Source: an uncultured bacterium
GTDB lineage: Bacteria > Krumholzibacteriota > Krumholzibacteriia > Krumholzibacteriales > WJIX01
Assembly (NCBI GenBank): GCA_964488475.1
Contig: CAZAUK010000026.1
Span: forward strand, 1 to 21,178
DNA: 21,178 nt
Direction: 5' to 3'
The notes under the pieces were generated by a model. It ran no database searches, had not been told where the DNA came from, and worked only from the letters and a program-made list of their open reading frames with translations. The stretch's first letter is position 1. Each line of letters opens with the position of its first letter. Both the position numbers and the translations under genes were made by a program. This document shows positions 1 to 7,080 of the stretch, piece by piece.

Positions 1-37
1 GGGAAGAACGGGAACGAGAGCAATTTGGTTTATTTTA

Positions 38-84
38 GGAGGGCTATGCCCTCCCCCTTCAGGCCACCTTCTTATAAGGTGGCC
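38..84. other. Two adjacent GC-rich stem-loops downstream of the minus-strand CDS that ends at 101
   Basis: Read directly: GGAGGG-ctatg-CCCTCC (38-54, 6-bp stem) and GGCCACCTT-cttat-AAGGTGGCC (62-84, perfect 9-bp stem). They lie 17-63 nt beyond the stop of CDS 101..919. On the minus strand no U-tract follows them (AAAAUAAA instead), so this is not a canonical intrinsic terminator. Confidence 0.35.
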
Positions 85-100
85 GTTGACTCTGATTCCT

Positions 101-919
101 TTACTCGGAGTAGATCGATTTTATAGCGCCCCAGCTTCCCCGCTCCGAGTCCACCTGGCCGCAGTCGCCTTCATCGGCGATAAAAGCGCTCCCCTCTCCG
201 TTTTCATCGGTGCCCTGGAATTTTCCCGCGAAGGCGGAAGCCTGCTGCTCGTCGCCTTGAACGATCGAGCAGAGAGAGAGAAAATCATCAGCTGAATCGA
301 GCGTCGTATCCAGATTGCCCAGGCTGATGGTAAAAGCGACCGGTCCCGCGACAACCAGCGGGGAGTAGATATCTCCCTGGGGGACGCAATCGGATAGAAC
401 GTCTATGTCGATGAAGCCGCCCTTTACGCCCTCTTCGGTCTCCAGGGAATTGGTGAAGATGCCGTAGGCGCCGGTTGCTTCCATCTCGGTCAGCTCATAC
501 CAGCCGGAATGGGTCTCATCAGTGGAAAGAGTAGTGCATCCGGGTGGAATCGTCATTCCGTCAATAGTAGTCCCTGTGCTGTAAATCGACGATCCGGCCA
601 GGATCCTGGCTTCCGTGTAAGCCACGCTGGCGGCGGCAGGAACATTGAACATGAAAGCGGTCATCACCGGATTTCCCATGGCCGGGGACTGGAAAGGATA
701 AAGGCCGGAGATGTTTTCAAGGGTGAACTGAACATCGGCCGTTCCGGTTCCAGCGCTGAAATCGCCTCCCGTCTGGGTGAAATCTACATCAACCTCAAAG
801 GCCAGGTACTGTCCGAAACCGGTCTCTCCGGTCACGGTGCGCTGCATAACGTCCGCCTGAAGCAGGGCTGGACATAGCAACAGCGATATAACGAGAATCA
901 AAAAGTTGTTCCTGATCAT
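101..919 (-). CDS. Secreted hypothetical protein (272 aa) with C-terminal tail ...VDSERGSWGAIKSIYSE
   Basis: ORF track; N-terminal signal peptide MIRNNFLILVISLLLCPALLQA; strong RBS GGAGGGG 5 nt upstream of the ATG at 919; Thr/Gly/Ser/Asp-rich mature region. The C-terminal tail is shared with CDS 2835..3302. Confidence 0.75.
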   Translation of the reverse strand: MIRNNFLILVISLLLCPALLQADVMQRTVTGETGFGQYLAFEVDVDFTQTGGDFSAGTGTADVQFTLENISGLYPFQSPAMGNPVMTAFMFNVPAAASVAYTEARILAGSSIYSTGTTIDGMTIPPGCTTLSTDETHSGWYELTEMEATGAYGIFTNSLETEEGVKGGFIDIDVLSDCVPQGDIYSPLVVAGPVAFTISLGNLDTTLDSADDFLSLCSIVQGDEQQASAFAGKFQGTDENGEGSAFIADEGDCGQVDSERGSWGAIKSIYSE

Positions 920-966
920 TTTTACCCCTCCAGAAAATCTTTAAAAACAGAAATCCAATCTGCTTC

Positions 967-995
967 ATTCTAGCATAAATAAGCTGTTTATTCAA
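967..995 (-). promoter_or_regulatory. Sigma70-like promoter for CDS 101..919 (-35 TTGAAT, 17-nt spacer, -10 TAGAAT on minus strand)
   Basis: Minus-strand reading: TTGAAT (990-995 rc), 17 nt, TAGAAT (967-972 rc). The -10 lies about 45 nt upstream of the start codon at 919. The -35/-10 consensus form matches the promoter found upstream of CDS 2835..3302. Confidence 0.4.
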
Positions 996-1066
996 GGGCA
1001 GTTATAAGGCCGCGCCTGTATTCAGCCGCATTCGGGCTCTGTTTTTCGGCCCGGCTTCAATATACA

Positions 1067-2701
1067 CTATTTCATGATAAGGACCTTGCGCGTAAATGAG
1101 CGCTCTCCTATTCGAACCATCACAAAGTAAACACCGCCGGCGAGAGAGCCCCTGCAGCCGGACGCGGGATTCCACTCCTGAACAAACTGGCCTTTTCCGT
1201 GGATTCCTGCTGGAATATCGGACACTTTCCTTCCGGCTACATCGTATATCCCTATGTTTACCTCTTCCCTGTGTCCGAGAATGCAGTTAATGCTGAAACC
1301 GGCGCTGGTTGGATTTGGATAGATCTCCACTTGGTGCGGGAAACCTTCATCCGGCGGGCCGGAGTCTGTCACCACGACCTCCTCGCCGTACAGCAAAGCC
1401 GCGCCTTTGCCTCCTATGTTCCATCCTCCAGCCGCCAGGCTGCCCCCTCCGCCCGAATGCATTGTAAATCTTCCCGCCCCCGCCACCGAAATTCCCAGAC
1501 CTGAAGTGGTATCAGTCCCGACATCGGTGAAGGCCGCGGTGGCGGGCAGAGGATAGGTACCGGTGAACAGGTATACTTTTCCGAGCTGAACAGATGCCCC
1601 TCCATATCCGGGAGCGCCAATTATCATATCGCCGGTTCCATCTCCGTCCACGTCCGTGCTGGATATGGAATACCCGAATTGCTCTTCCATGAATTCTCCC
1701 ACCAGAGCGTCATCAGGTGTTCCGTCGACTATAGCTGCGCCCAGGAAGAAATACACCTTGCCCACATCGTCGCCGAAGAGGGAGTTGTAGTACGGGGCTG
1801 AGACTATATAATCATCTATCGAATCCCCGTTTATATCGCCTATGATTTTTGCCGCCGAGCCGAAAGCGTCTCCTACTGATACTCCTGTCATCTCAGCGTC
1901 GGCAACGGTGTCCATGGCCGCTCCGCACAGGTAGGCGTAAGCCTTTCCCGCCCATATGTCGGATTCATCGTTGCGGGGAGCCCCCACCAGCAGGTCATCC
2001 TCTCCGTCACCGTTTATGTCGCCTCCACAGTCTACTGTATATCCGAAAAAGTCGCCGGCGCCCTCACCGTAAAGAATTAAATCAGGATCCTGGTCCATGG
2101 GATCGCCACCAAAATATATGTATACCGCTCCGGTTGAATCCGCTTCGCAGGCTCCTACCACCAGGTCGTCGAAGCCGTCGGCATTAAGGTCTCCATTTAG
2201 GCACAGACCACGCCCGAAGCGGTCTCCGGAAGCTGATCCCTCAAGGACCAGGTCGGGAATCCCGTCCGGTGAGCAGCCGCCCAGAAAGAGGTACACGCGG
2301 CCGGGATCTTCTGACGCTCCAGAGGCGTATACGGCCACGTCGGAAAACCCGTCGTTGTTGATATCCCCCCCGCCGGCTACTCTTGTTCCCATCCTTTCGC
2401 CGGGGGCTCCGGTAAAGGTAAGGTCGGGAATCGAATCGGCGCTCATCCCGCCAAAATAAAGATAACACCGCCCGGCGGCGTCACCGCCGCTATCTTCCAG
2501 GTTGGCTCCCACCAGCAGGTCCTGGTATCCATCGCCGTTGAAGTCTCCGGCGCCGCAGAGCGAAATTCCGAATTGGTCGCTGATTTGCTGTCCTTGAAAG
2601 GTGGTGATCTTTTCCACCGATTGGGCAGGAAAGCTTATAAAAGATATCAGGAGAAAAGACGCCGAAAAGATCAAGAAAGATATTTTGAAGTAGTATTTCA
2701 T
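1067..2701 (-). CDS. FG-GAP repeat protein with a T9SS type-A C-terminal sorting domain (544 aa)
   Basis: Signal peptide MKYYFKISFLIFSASFLLISFISFPAQS. Many repeats of the form FG.S..GAGD.NGDG..DL.VGA, which are integrin-alpha FG-GAP/VCBS-like. The C-terminus YPNPTSAGFSI...IGIYDVAGRKV...GVYFVMVRIGERSFTRKVLIMK is a classic Por-secretion (T9SS) CTD. Confidence 0.85.
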   Translation of the reverse strand: MKYYFKISFLIFSASFLLISFISFPAQSVEKITTFQGQQISDQFGISLCGAGDFNGDGYQDLLVGANLEDSGGDAAGRCYLYFGGMSADSIPDLTFTGAPGERMGTRVAGGGDINNDGFSDVAVYASGASEDPGRVYLFLGGCSPDGIPDLVLEGSASGDRFGRGLCLNGDLNADGFDDLVVGACEADSTGAVYIYFGGDPMDQDPDLILYGEGAGDFFGYTVDCGGDINGDGEDDLLVGAPRNDESDIWAGKAYAYLCGAAMDTVADAEMTGVSVGDAFGSAAKIIGDINGDSIDDYIVSAPYYNSLFGDDVGKVYFFLGAAIVDGTPDDALVGEFMEEQFGYSISSTDVDGDGTGDMIIGAPGYGGASVQLGKVYLFTGTYPLPATAAFTDVGTDTTSGLGISVAGAGRFTMHSGGGGSLAAGGWNIGGKGAALLYGEEVVVTDSGPPDEGFPHQVEIYPNPTSAGFSINCILGHREEVNIGIYDVAGRKVSDIPAGIHGKGQFVQEWNPASGCRGSLAGGVYFVMVRIGERSFTRKVLIMK

Positions 2702-2775
2702 ATTGCTGCAAAGAGCTCTCTGCTTAAACTATTGAAGAAGCTGCAAGAAAAAATCATTGGTTCTCGTGTCCGGTG

Positions 2776-2813
2776 CAGAAAAGACAAGAAGCGCTCTTCA
2801 AGAGCGCTTCTTG
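2776..2813 (-). terminator. Intrinsic terminator for CDS 2835..3302
   Basis: Near-perfect palindrome CAAGAAGCGCTC-ttcaa-GAGCGCTTCTTG at 2785-2813 (12-bp stem). It sits 22 nt downstream of the stop and is followed on the minus strand by UCUUUUCU (2777-2784). Confidence 0.7.
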
Positions 2814-2834
2814 TCAGATTCAGACAGCTGTAAC

Positions 2835-3302
2835 CTATCTGTATATAGATTTCACCTTGCCCCAGGTTGACTCGTCCGCGTCCACAGGGGAGGTCAGATC
2901 GAATGAGGTCACAAGATTTTCCTCATTAAGATCGATGGTAGCGCAAGAAGTATCAACCGCGGTGCCAAGCTCGGCTGTAACGCAAAGGGTGTATTCACCG
3001 GGGGGTACTTCGTCAGGCAGAGGAAGTTCAAGTTCCTGAACGAAGATTTCGCCGGCGGGCATATATACCTGAATCATGCCGGTTCCGATTTCCTCTCCGT
3101 CTACGGTAAGTGCCACGGTAAGGTCTACCGTTCCTGGTTCGGTTCCGCAGTTCTCAAGCGAGAAGTAAAGCTGCAGAATATCAACAGGATCGCTTTCCAC
3201 TACTTCCGCTCCAAGCTCCACATCGACACAGTCTTCGGCGCTTGCCGGGGCGGCGAAGAAGGCGACAGCCAATACGCTGAAAAGTACCAGTAGATTCTTC
3301 AT
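2835..3302 (-). CDS. Small secreted hypothetical protein (155 aa) with C-terminal tail ...VDADESTWGKVKSIYR
   Basis: Signal peptide MKNLLVLFSVLAVAFFAAPASA. RBS AAGGGGGTGA upstream of the ATG at 3302. Acidic and beta-rich sequence. The tail is shared with CDS 101..919. Confidence 0.75.
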   Translation of the reverse strand: MKNLLVLFSVLAVAFFAAPASAEDCVDVELGAEVVESDPVDILQLYFSLENCGTEPGTVDLTVALTVDGEEIGTGMIQVYMPAGEIFVQELELPLPDEVPPGEYTLCVTAELGTAVDTSCATIDLNEENLVTSFDLTSPVDADESTWGKVKSIYR

Positions 3303-3361
3303 AAGTTCACCCCCTTAGAAGAAATTATCGTAAATCGATTCATATTTCTAATGCGTAACAT

Positions 3362-3390
3362 ATTCTAACATAAAGAGATAAAGCTGTCAA
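3362..3390 (-). promoter_or_regulatory. Strong sigma70-type promoter for CDS 2835..3302 (-35 TTGACA, 17 nt, -10 TAGAAT)
   Basis: Minus-strand reading: TTGACA (3385-3390 rc), a 17-nt spacer, then TAGAAT (3362-3367 rc), about 55 nt upstream of the ATG. Together with the terminator at 2776-2813 this makes the gene a self-contained monocistronic unit. Confidence 0.55.
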
Positions 3391-3688
3391 GGCTGGAATC
3401 GAGATCTTCGGCCCCGGCTGTTCCATCGCGCAGAGATGTAATCGGGCACATCGACTGTAAGCGCAGTTTCCAGCGGATGGCGAAGTGGACCGTAAAGTCT
3501 CTGTGGTTGAAACTTGGAAAGCATTTAAAATCTTCTTTTAAGATCTGGACGCATGGTATAAACCCGATTCCCGCCGGAAGCTTCGGGAAAGGAAGAACGA
3601 AGCTCCGGCCGGTGCTTATTGTCTTTTTAAGGCGCCGGGTATCGCGGCGCCTTTGAACGGCGCGGATTTTAAAGATGGAAGGAGAGAG

Positions 3689-4087
3689 ATGTCAGTAAGA
3701 AAAATTACGGTTTTATTTCTCGCTGTTATGGCGATTGTCCTATTCGCCGCCGACATCTATCCCAAGTGCGAGACCGCGGAATATATCGAGAACAGGGACA
3801 GGGAGAAGGAGGAGAATAAGGTCAGCGCGATGGTGCACGAGAGCCTGATGTACAGGCATTGGAACACCTACGACGACGGAAAGAGCCAGCACCTGTTTCA
3901 CATTCCAGCCGGTGGAGGTGACTGGAAGGACCTTACCCCCGGCTTGAAGTTCGACGCTCTCACCTACTGGCTCGCCTCGGCGGGAAGGGACTTCGATCTT
4001 TCTCCCGACGGCAAGACGATATATTTTTCAGGCAAACAGGCTGAGGACCAGGCGGTCTCCTACAACGAGGAGATCTGGATGGTATAG
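3689..4087 (+). pseudogene. N-terminal fragment of an S9-family peptidase with a PD40/TolB-like beta-propeller, truncated at 4087
   Basis: RBS GGAAGGAGAG before the ATG at 3689 (the track ORF begins at 3653). N-terminal TM/signal KITVLFLAVMAIVLFAA. Motifs ESLMYRHWNTYDDGKSQHLFHIP and LSPDGKTIYFSG resemble the first propeller blades of S9C acylaminoacyl / dipeptidyl peptidases. The ORF stops after 133 aa at the edge of an inserted cassette, and a collinear C-terminal remnant lies at 4829-4989. Confidence 0.55.
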
Positions 4088-4113
4088 CACAAAATCAAGC
4101 CGTTGTTTCTATA

Positions 4114-4584
4114 TCAGTCTGAATTCTGTTCTTCTGAGTTCTTCAGAGACTGCAATGCCTCCGCATCAGCTAAATCCTTGGTTCTTCCTGAGGCCTTCTT
4201 ATTTCGAATAAGGTCATCAATTAATGGAATGCGCACATCGATTCCTTCAATCTTCAGAGGCATGGACCGGTTATAGACTTCTTTAAATTGAAGCCCCGAC
4301 GCCGTAGTAATTATGTCGATTCGCCTTGGAGCGACTCCGATCTGAAAAATGGTACCATCTGTCTGGAGGTCTTTCCTTGTTAAATTATGCAGAGGAGAAC
4401 CGAAGCGGCGCAGTGCCCGCATCACGGCGTCAGCGTTTTCTGGTGATGGCATAATCCAAATGTCAATATCCATGGTGGCCCGGGGATAACCGTGAGCTGC
4501 CATTGCATAAGCTCCAACAAGAAGAAATTTAACCTTCTCGTTGGACAAGGCGTGTAACATTTCTTTGTAGTCTTCGTTCAGCAT
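4114..4584 (-). CDS. Small Pol-beta-superfamily nucleotidyltransferase (MNT-like, 156 aa), possibly the toxin or antitoxin half of a TA-like module
   Basis: NTase signature LLVGAYAMAAHGYPRATMDIDIWI, i.e. hG[GS/A]-x13-DhDh. The basic C-terminal segment is RNKKASGRTKDLADAEAL. GC content is visibly lower than in neighbouring genes. Confidence 0.6.
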   Translation of the reverse strand: MLNEDYKEMLHALSNEKVKFLLVGAYAMAAHGYPRATMDIDIWIMPSPENADAVMRALRRFGSPLHNLTRKDLQTDGTIFQIGVAPRRIDIITTASGLQFKEVYNRSMPLKIEGIDVRIPLIDDLIRNKKASGRTKDLADAEALQSLKNSEEQNSD

Positions 4585-4720
4585 CGTATTTTTTGCTGAG
4601 AGACGTTATCTCTCTTGTCAGAATCCATACAAGTTTAATGCGGTCTGCCGGATTGCCGGGAACAAAATCATCATCCCTGATATCCGACATCTGGTATAAA
4701 GATGTTTTTTTTCTATCCAT
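4529..4720 (-). CDS. Small ORF (63 aa, or 52 aa from the ATG at 4690) overlapping the start of the NTase gene; possible partner protein
   Basis: ORF track only. It overlaps the NTase start by 56 nt in a different frame. A possible promoter TTGCAG-16-TAAAAT sits immediately upstream, at 4721-4748 on the minus strand. I see no recognisable domain and no strong RBS. Confidence 0.2.
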   Translation of the reverse strand: MDRKKTSLYQMSDIRDDDFVPGNPADRIKLVWILTREITSLSKKYDAERRLQRNVTRLVQREG

Positions 4721-4828
4721 AATTTTAATATACCAGTTTTAACCTGCAATATCAATCGGATAGCTGTTTTGTGGACTTTCCCCATTTTTTCAGGTGAAGT
4801 CGAACAAGTTCCCTTGATTACGTTTTGA

Positions 4829-4989
4829 GACGGCCTTCTCCTCCCTTTCTCTCCGTCAAAAATGATCCGTTTTCCCGACGAGAACCATTGGATCCTTCAG
4901 CCTCATAACCAGAGGTTCTGGTATGCCTCTATCCTGGACTGGTTCGACCAGTGGCTGAAGCGGGGGGGCGAGCCGAAAGAGCAAGAGCC
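4829..4989 (+). pseudogene. C-terminal remnant of an S9 peptidase, including the catalytic-His region
   Basis: Translation DGLLLPFSPSKMIRFPDENHWILQPHNQRFWYASILDWFDQWLKRGGEPKEQEPEE*. It aligns with the C-terminus of the intact S9 peptidase in this window (MVRYPGEGHGNRKQPGRIDVLYRHLQWYDWYVK). It has no start codon and is bounded upstream by a stop at 4826-4828. It is in the same frame as the N-terminal fragment 3689..4087. Confidence 0.55.
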
Positions 4990-5132
4990 CGAGGAATAGG
5001 TTTTAGCTCTTTTTGCCGGTGGGTGGAAGATGAAAGATGTCATGGAGCCCGAGGCGCTTTATGCTTAGTGCCGGCATACCGGCCGCGGGCTCAAAGCCGG
5101 CGTTATGGGTCCAGCGCATTGGGGAGGGCTGG

Positions 5133-5507
5133 TCATTCCAGGCCCTCCCTGAAGTCCTCTTCGATGATCTCCTCGATTCGGCGGTCGTCCTCGTCGGTGC
5201 GGATAAGTTCCCGGACCCGCTCGAACTCCTCCTCCACTTGCTTTCCAAAGGTCTGGACAGTGATGAAGGTCCTCTTTCCGCTGTTGATCCTCTGAAAACG
5301 AAGCTTTCGAAGAAGGGATTCGTAAGTCTTGTTGGAAGTGTATCCGGATAGAGTATAACGGGTTACGAACTTTCCGCATTTGGCGCATTCCACGTAGACC
5401 TTTATGTTCTTTCCCTTGCAGAAGTACATCTTGTTCTTCATCTCGGTAGACCCGCAGTGCTCGCAGCGTTCGGTGCGGGCGGTTTCCTTTTTACTTCTGC
5501 AGTCCAT
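5133..5507 (-). CDS. Zinc-ribbon hypothetical protein (124 aa)
   Basis: RBS AAGGAGAG upstream of the ATG. Two CxxC pairs (CEHCGS...CAKCGKF). The C-terminal half is acidic/basic. I chose this ORF over the overlapping ORFs 4951..5295, 5037..5351 and 5065..5388 because it alone has an RBS and a recognisable motif. Confidence 0.55.
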   Translation of the reverse strand: MDCRSKKETARTERCEHCGSTEMKNKMYFCKGKNIKVYVECAKCGKFVTRYTLSGYTSNKTYESLLRKLRFQRINSGKRTFITVQTFGKQVEEEFERVRELIRTDEDDRRIEEIIEEDFREGLE

Positions 5508-5545
5508 GTCTCTCCTTTCAGCGGGAGGATGTTCCCGCGGTAAGG

Positions 5546-6913
5546 TTAAAAGAACAGGTATATGAACATAACTATGATTATTATTGATATGGAGGTAATC
5601 ACAGAGCCCGCCCTTATCATGGTTTTAACGTCTACCAGGCCGGAGCCGTAGGCGATGGCGTTGGGCGGGGTGCTGATCGGAAGTATCATCGCCGCCGAGG
5701 CGGCCAGGGCAACCACCACCGCGCTGGTCTCTGGCGCGAGGGCGGTGACTCCCACCACTATCGGGAGGAGCAGGTTGGCGGTGGCGCTGTTTGAGATAAA
5801 AGTGGTCATAACCGCCGCCGCCACGGCGAATATGAACAGTATCGCCAGTATGTTCATACCCTCGAACGGGATAAGACCCACTATCCATTCGCTGAGGCCG
5901 CTCTCTCTCATAGCGATTCCCAGGCTCATACCCCCGCCTATTATGAAGAGAATCCCCCAGCCGAGGTCGTTGAGGTCGTTCCCGCCCAGCAGCCTCAGGC
6001 CGAAAAAGACCACCAGAGGTATCAGCGCCACTATCGAGGAGGGTATTCCGTGGTATTTGGAGGTGAGCCAGAGAGCTACCACCACGCAGAAGACGGCCAG
6101 GATGAATTTTGATTTTCTGTCCATCTTTTCCTCTTCCTCCAGCCTGATACTTATCCGTTCGATTCCGGCGGGGTAGATCCTGCAGAGTACGAACCAGCAT
6201 ATCGCTATCAGCACGACCACCACCGGCAACCCGCGAATCATCCAGTCTATAAAGGAGATATCAGTTCCCATCTGGTTCAGGATCCCCATCGCAATCGCGT
6301 TGGGGGGAGTGCCGATAGGTGTTCCGATCCCGCCGATATTGGCCGCGAAGGGGATACCGAGTATCATGGCGTGTCTGAACCTTTCCCCCTTGGGAAAAGA
6401 GTTTATCACGGGAATGGCCACCGCCACCATAAGAGCGGTGGTGGCTGTGTTCGATATCCACATGGAAAGGAAGGCGGTGGTCACCATCATGCCCATAAGG
6501 ACCACCGTGGGCCTGGTCCCGACCCGTCTCATGATTCCCCTGGAAATCCTCTCATCCAGCCCGTAGCGCTTTACCGCCCGGGCCATTACGAACCCTCCCA
6601 GAAAGAGGACCACCACCGAATCGAAGAAGGGATGAAGGAATATGGTGTATCCGTTTCCGGAAAGACCCAGCGGTCCGCCCTCACGGGCCAGGAAGATCAC
6701 TTCCATGATAACGATGATGAATGAGGTAACATAGAGAGGAAAAGGCTCTATGACCCATAGGATGGCTGCGGTGGTGAAGATTCCCAGTGTGATCCTGCCC
6801 GCTTCCTCGAGGCCCGGGAAGTCGATCTGGCTCACGGCGAAACCGGCGGCGAGCGCCACTGCCAGGATGATTATGGTCCTGACGTTTGAGGGGGTAAGTA
6901 TTACGAACTTCAT
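5546..6913 (-). CDS. DASS/SLC13-family anion:Na+ symporter-like permease (ArsB/NhaD superfamily), 455 aa
   Basis: Polytopic membrane protein. It carries two hallmark SLC13/DASS motifs, WISNTATTALM and GTPPNAIA. RBS AAGGAGG upstream. Confidence 0.8.
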   Translation of the reverse strand: MKFVILTPSNVRTIIILAVALAAGFAVSQIDFPGLEEAGRITLGIFTTAAILWVIEPFPLYVTSFIIVIMEVIFLAREGGPLGLSGNGYTIFLHPFFDSVVVLFLGGFVMARAVKRYGLDERISRGIMRRVGTRPTVVLMGMMVTTAFLSMWISNTATTALMVAVAIPVINSFPKGERFRHAMILGIPFAANIGGIGTPIGTPPNAIAMGILNQMGTDISFIDWMIRGLPVVVVLIAICWFVLCRIYPAGIERISIRLEEEEKMDRKSKFILAVFCVVVALWLTSKYHGIPSSIVALIPLVVFFGLRLLGGNDLNDLGWGILFIIGGGMSLGIAMRESGLSEWIVGLIPFEGMNILAILFIFAVAAAVMTTFISNSATANLLLPIVVGVTALAPETSAVVVALAASAAMILPISTPPNAIAYGSGLVDVKTMIRAGSVITSISIIIIVMFIYLFF

Positions 6914-7080
6914 TCAGCCTCCTTGGTACCTTCATTGTCCCGAGCAAAATAACCCCGGGCCGTTTAAAAGTAAAACATAATCTCTAAAAACAGAGAATCC
7001 ACGGAACGGAGTCAGGTTTTGCGGAAAAACCGGCTTTCATCCTGAGTATGGTGGCGGGCTCTGCGAAAAGCAAAACCGGC

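Noticed and set aside
86-877. ORFs 86..295(+), 121..354(-) and 509..877(+), which overlap CDS 101..919
   Set aside because: They lie in an alternative frame or on the antisense strand of a gene that has a signal peptide, an RBS and a conserved tail. GC-rich coding DNA commonly produces such shadow ORFs.
1096-2711. Multiple 60-120-aa ORFs inside the FG-GAP gene, including Arg/Pro-rich translations
   Set aside because: They are antisense or alternative-frame shadows of a repeat-rich GC-rich gene, with no RBS or signal features.
4529-4720. Calling the 63-aa ORF upstream of the NTase a bona fide antitoxin
   Set aside because: It has no recognisable RHH/HTH/HEPN motif and no RBS. The nearest promoter-like hexamers abut its ATG too closely. 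I kept it only as a low-confidence feature.
4088-4828. An IS element or transposon as the vehicle of the NTase insertion
   Set aside because: There is no transposase ORF, no obvious terminal inverted repeats and no target-site duplication at the junctions by eye. I treat it as an insertion/deletion of unknown mechanism.
4951-5388. ORFs 4951..5295(+), 5037..5351(+), 5003..5248(-) and 5065..5388(-)
   Set aside because: All mutually overlap the Zn-ribbon gene 5133..5507 and the peptidase remnant. Only 5133..5507 has a good RBS (AAGGAGAG) and a recognisable CxxC...CxxC fold. The others are low-complexity translations (Ser/Arg-rich).
5625-6980. ORFs of 66-191 aa on both strands within the DASS permease gene
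   Set aside because: They are shadow frames. The permease frame carries the diagnostic SNTAT and TPPN motifs.
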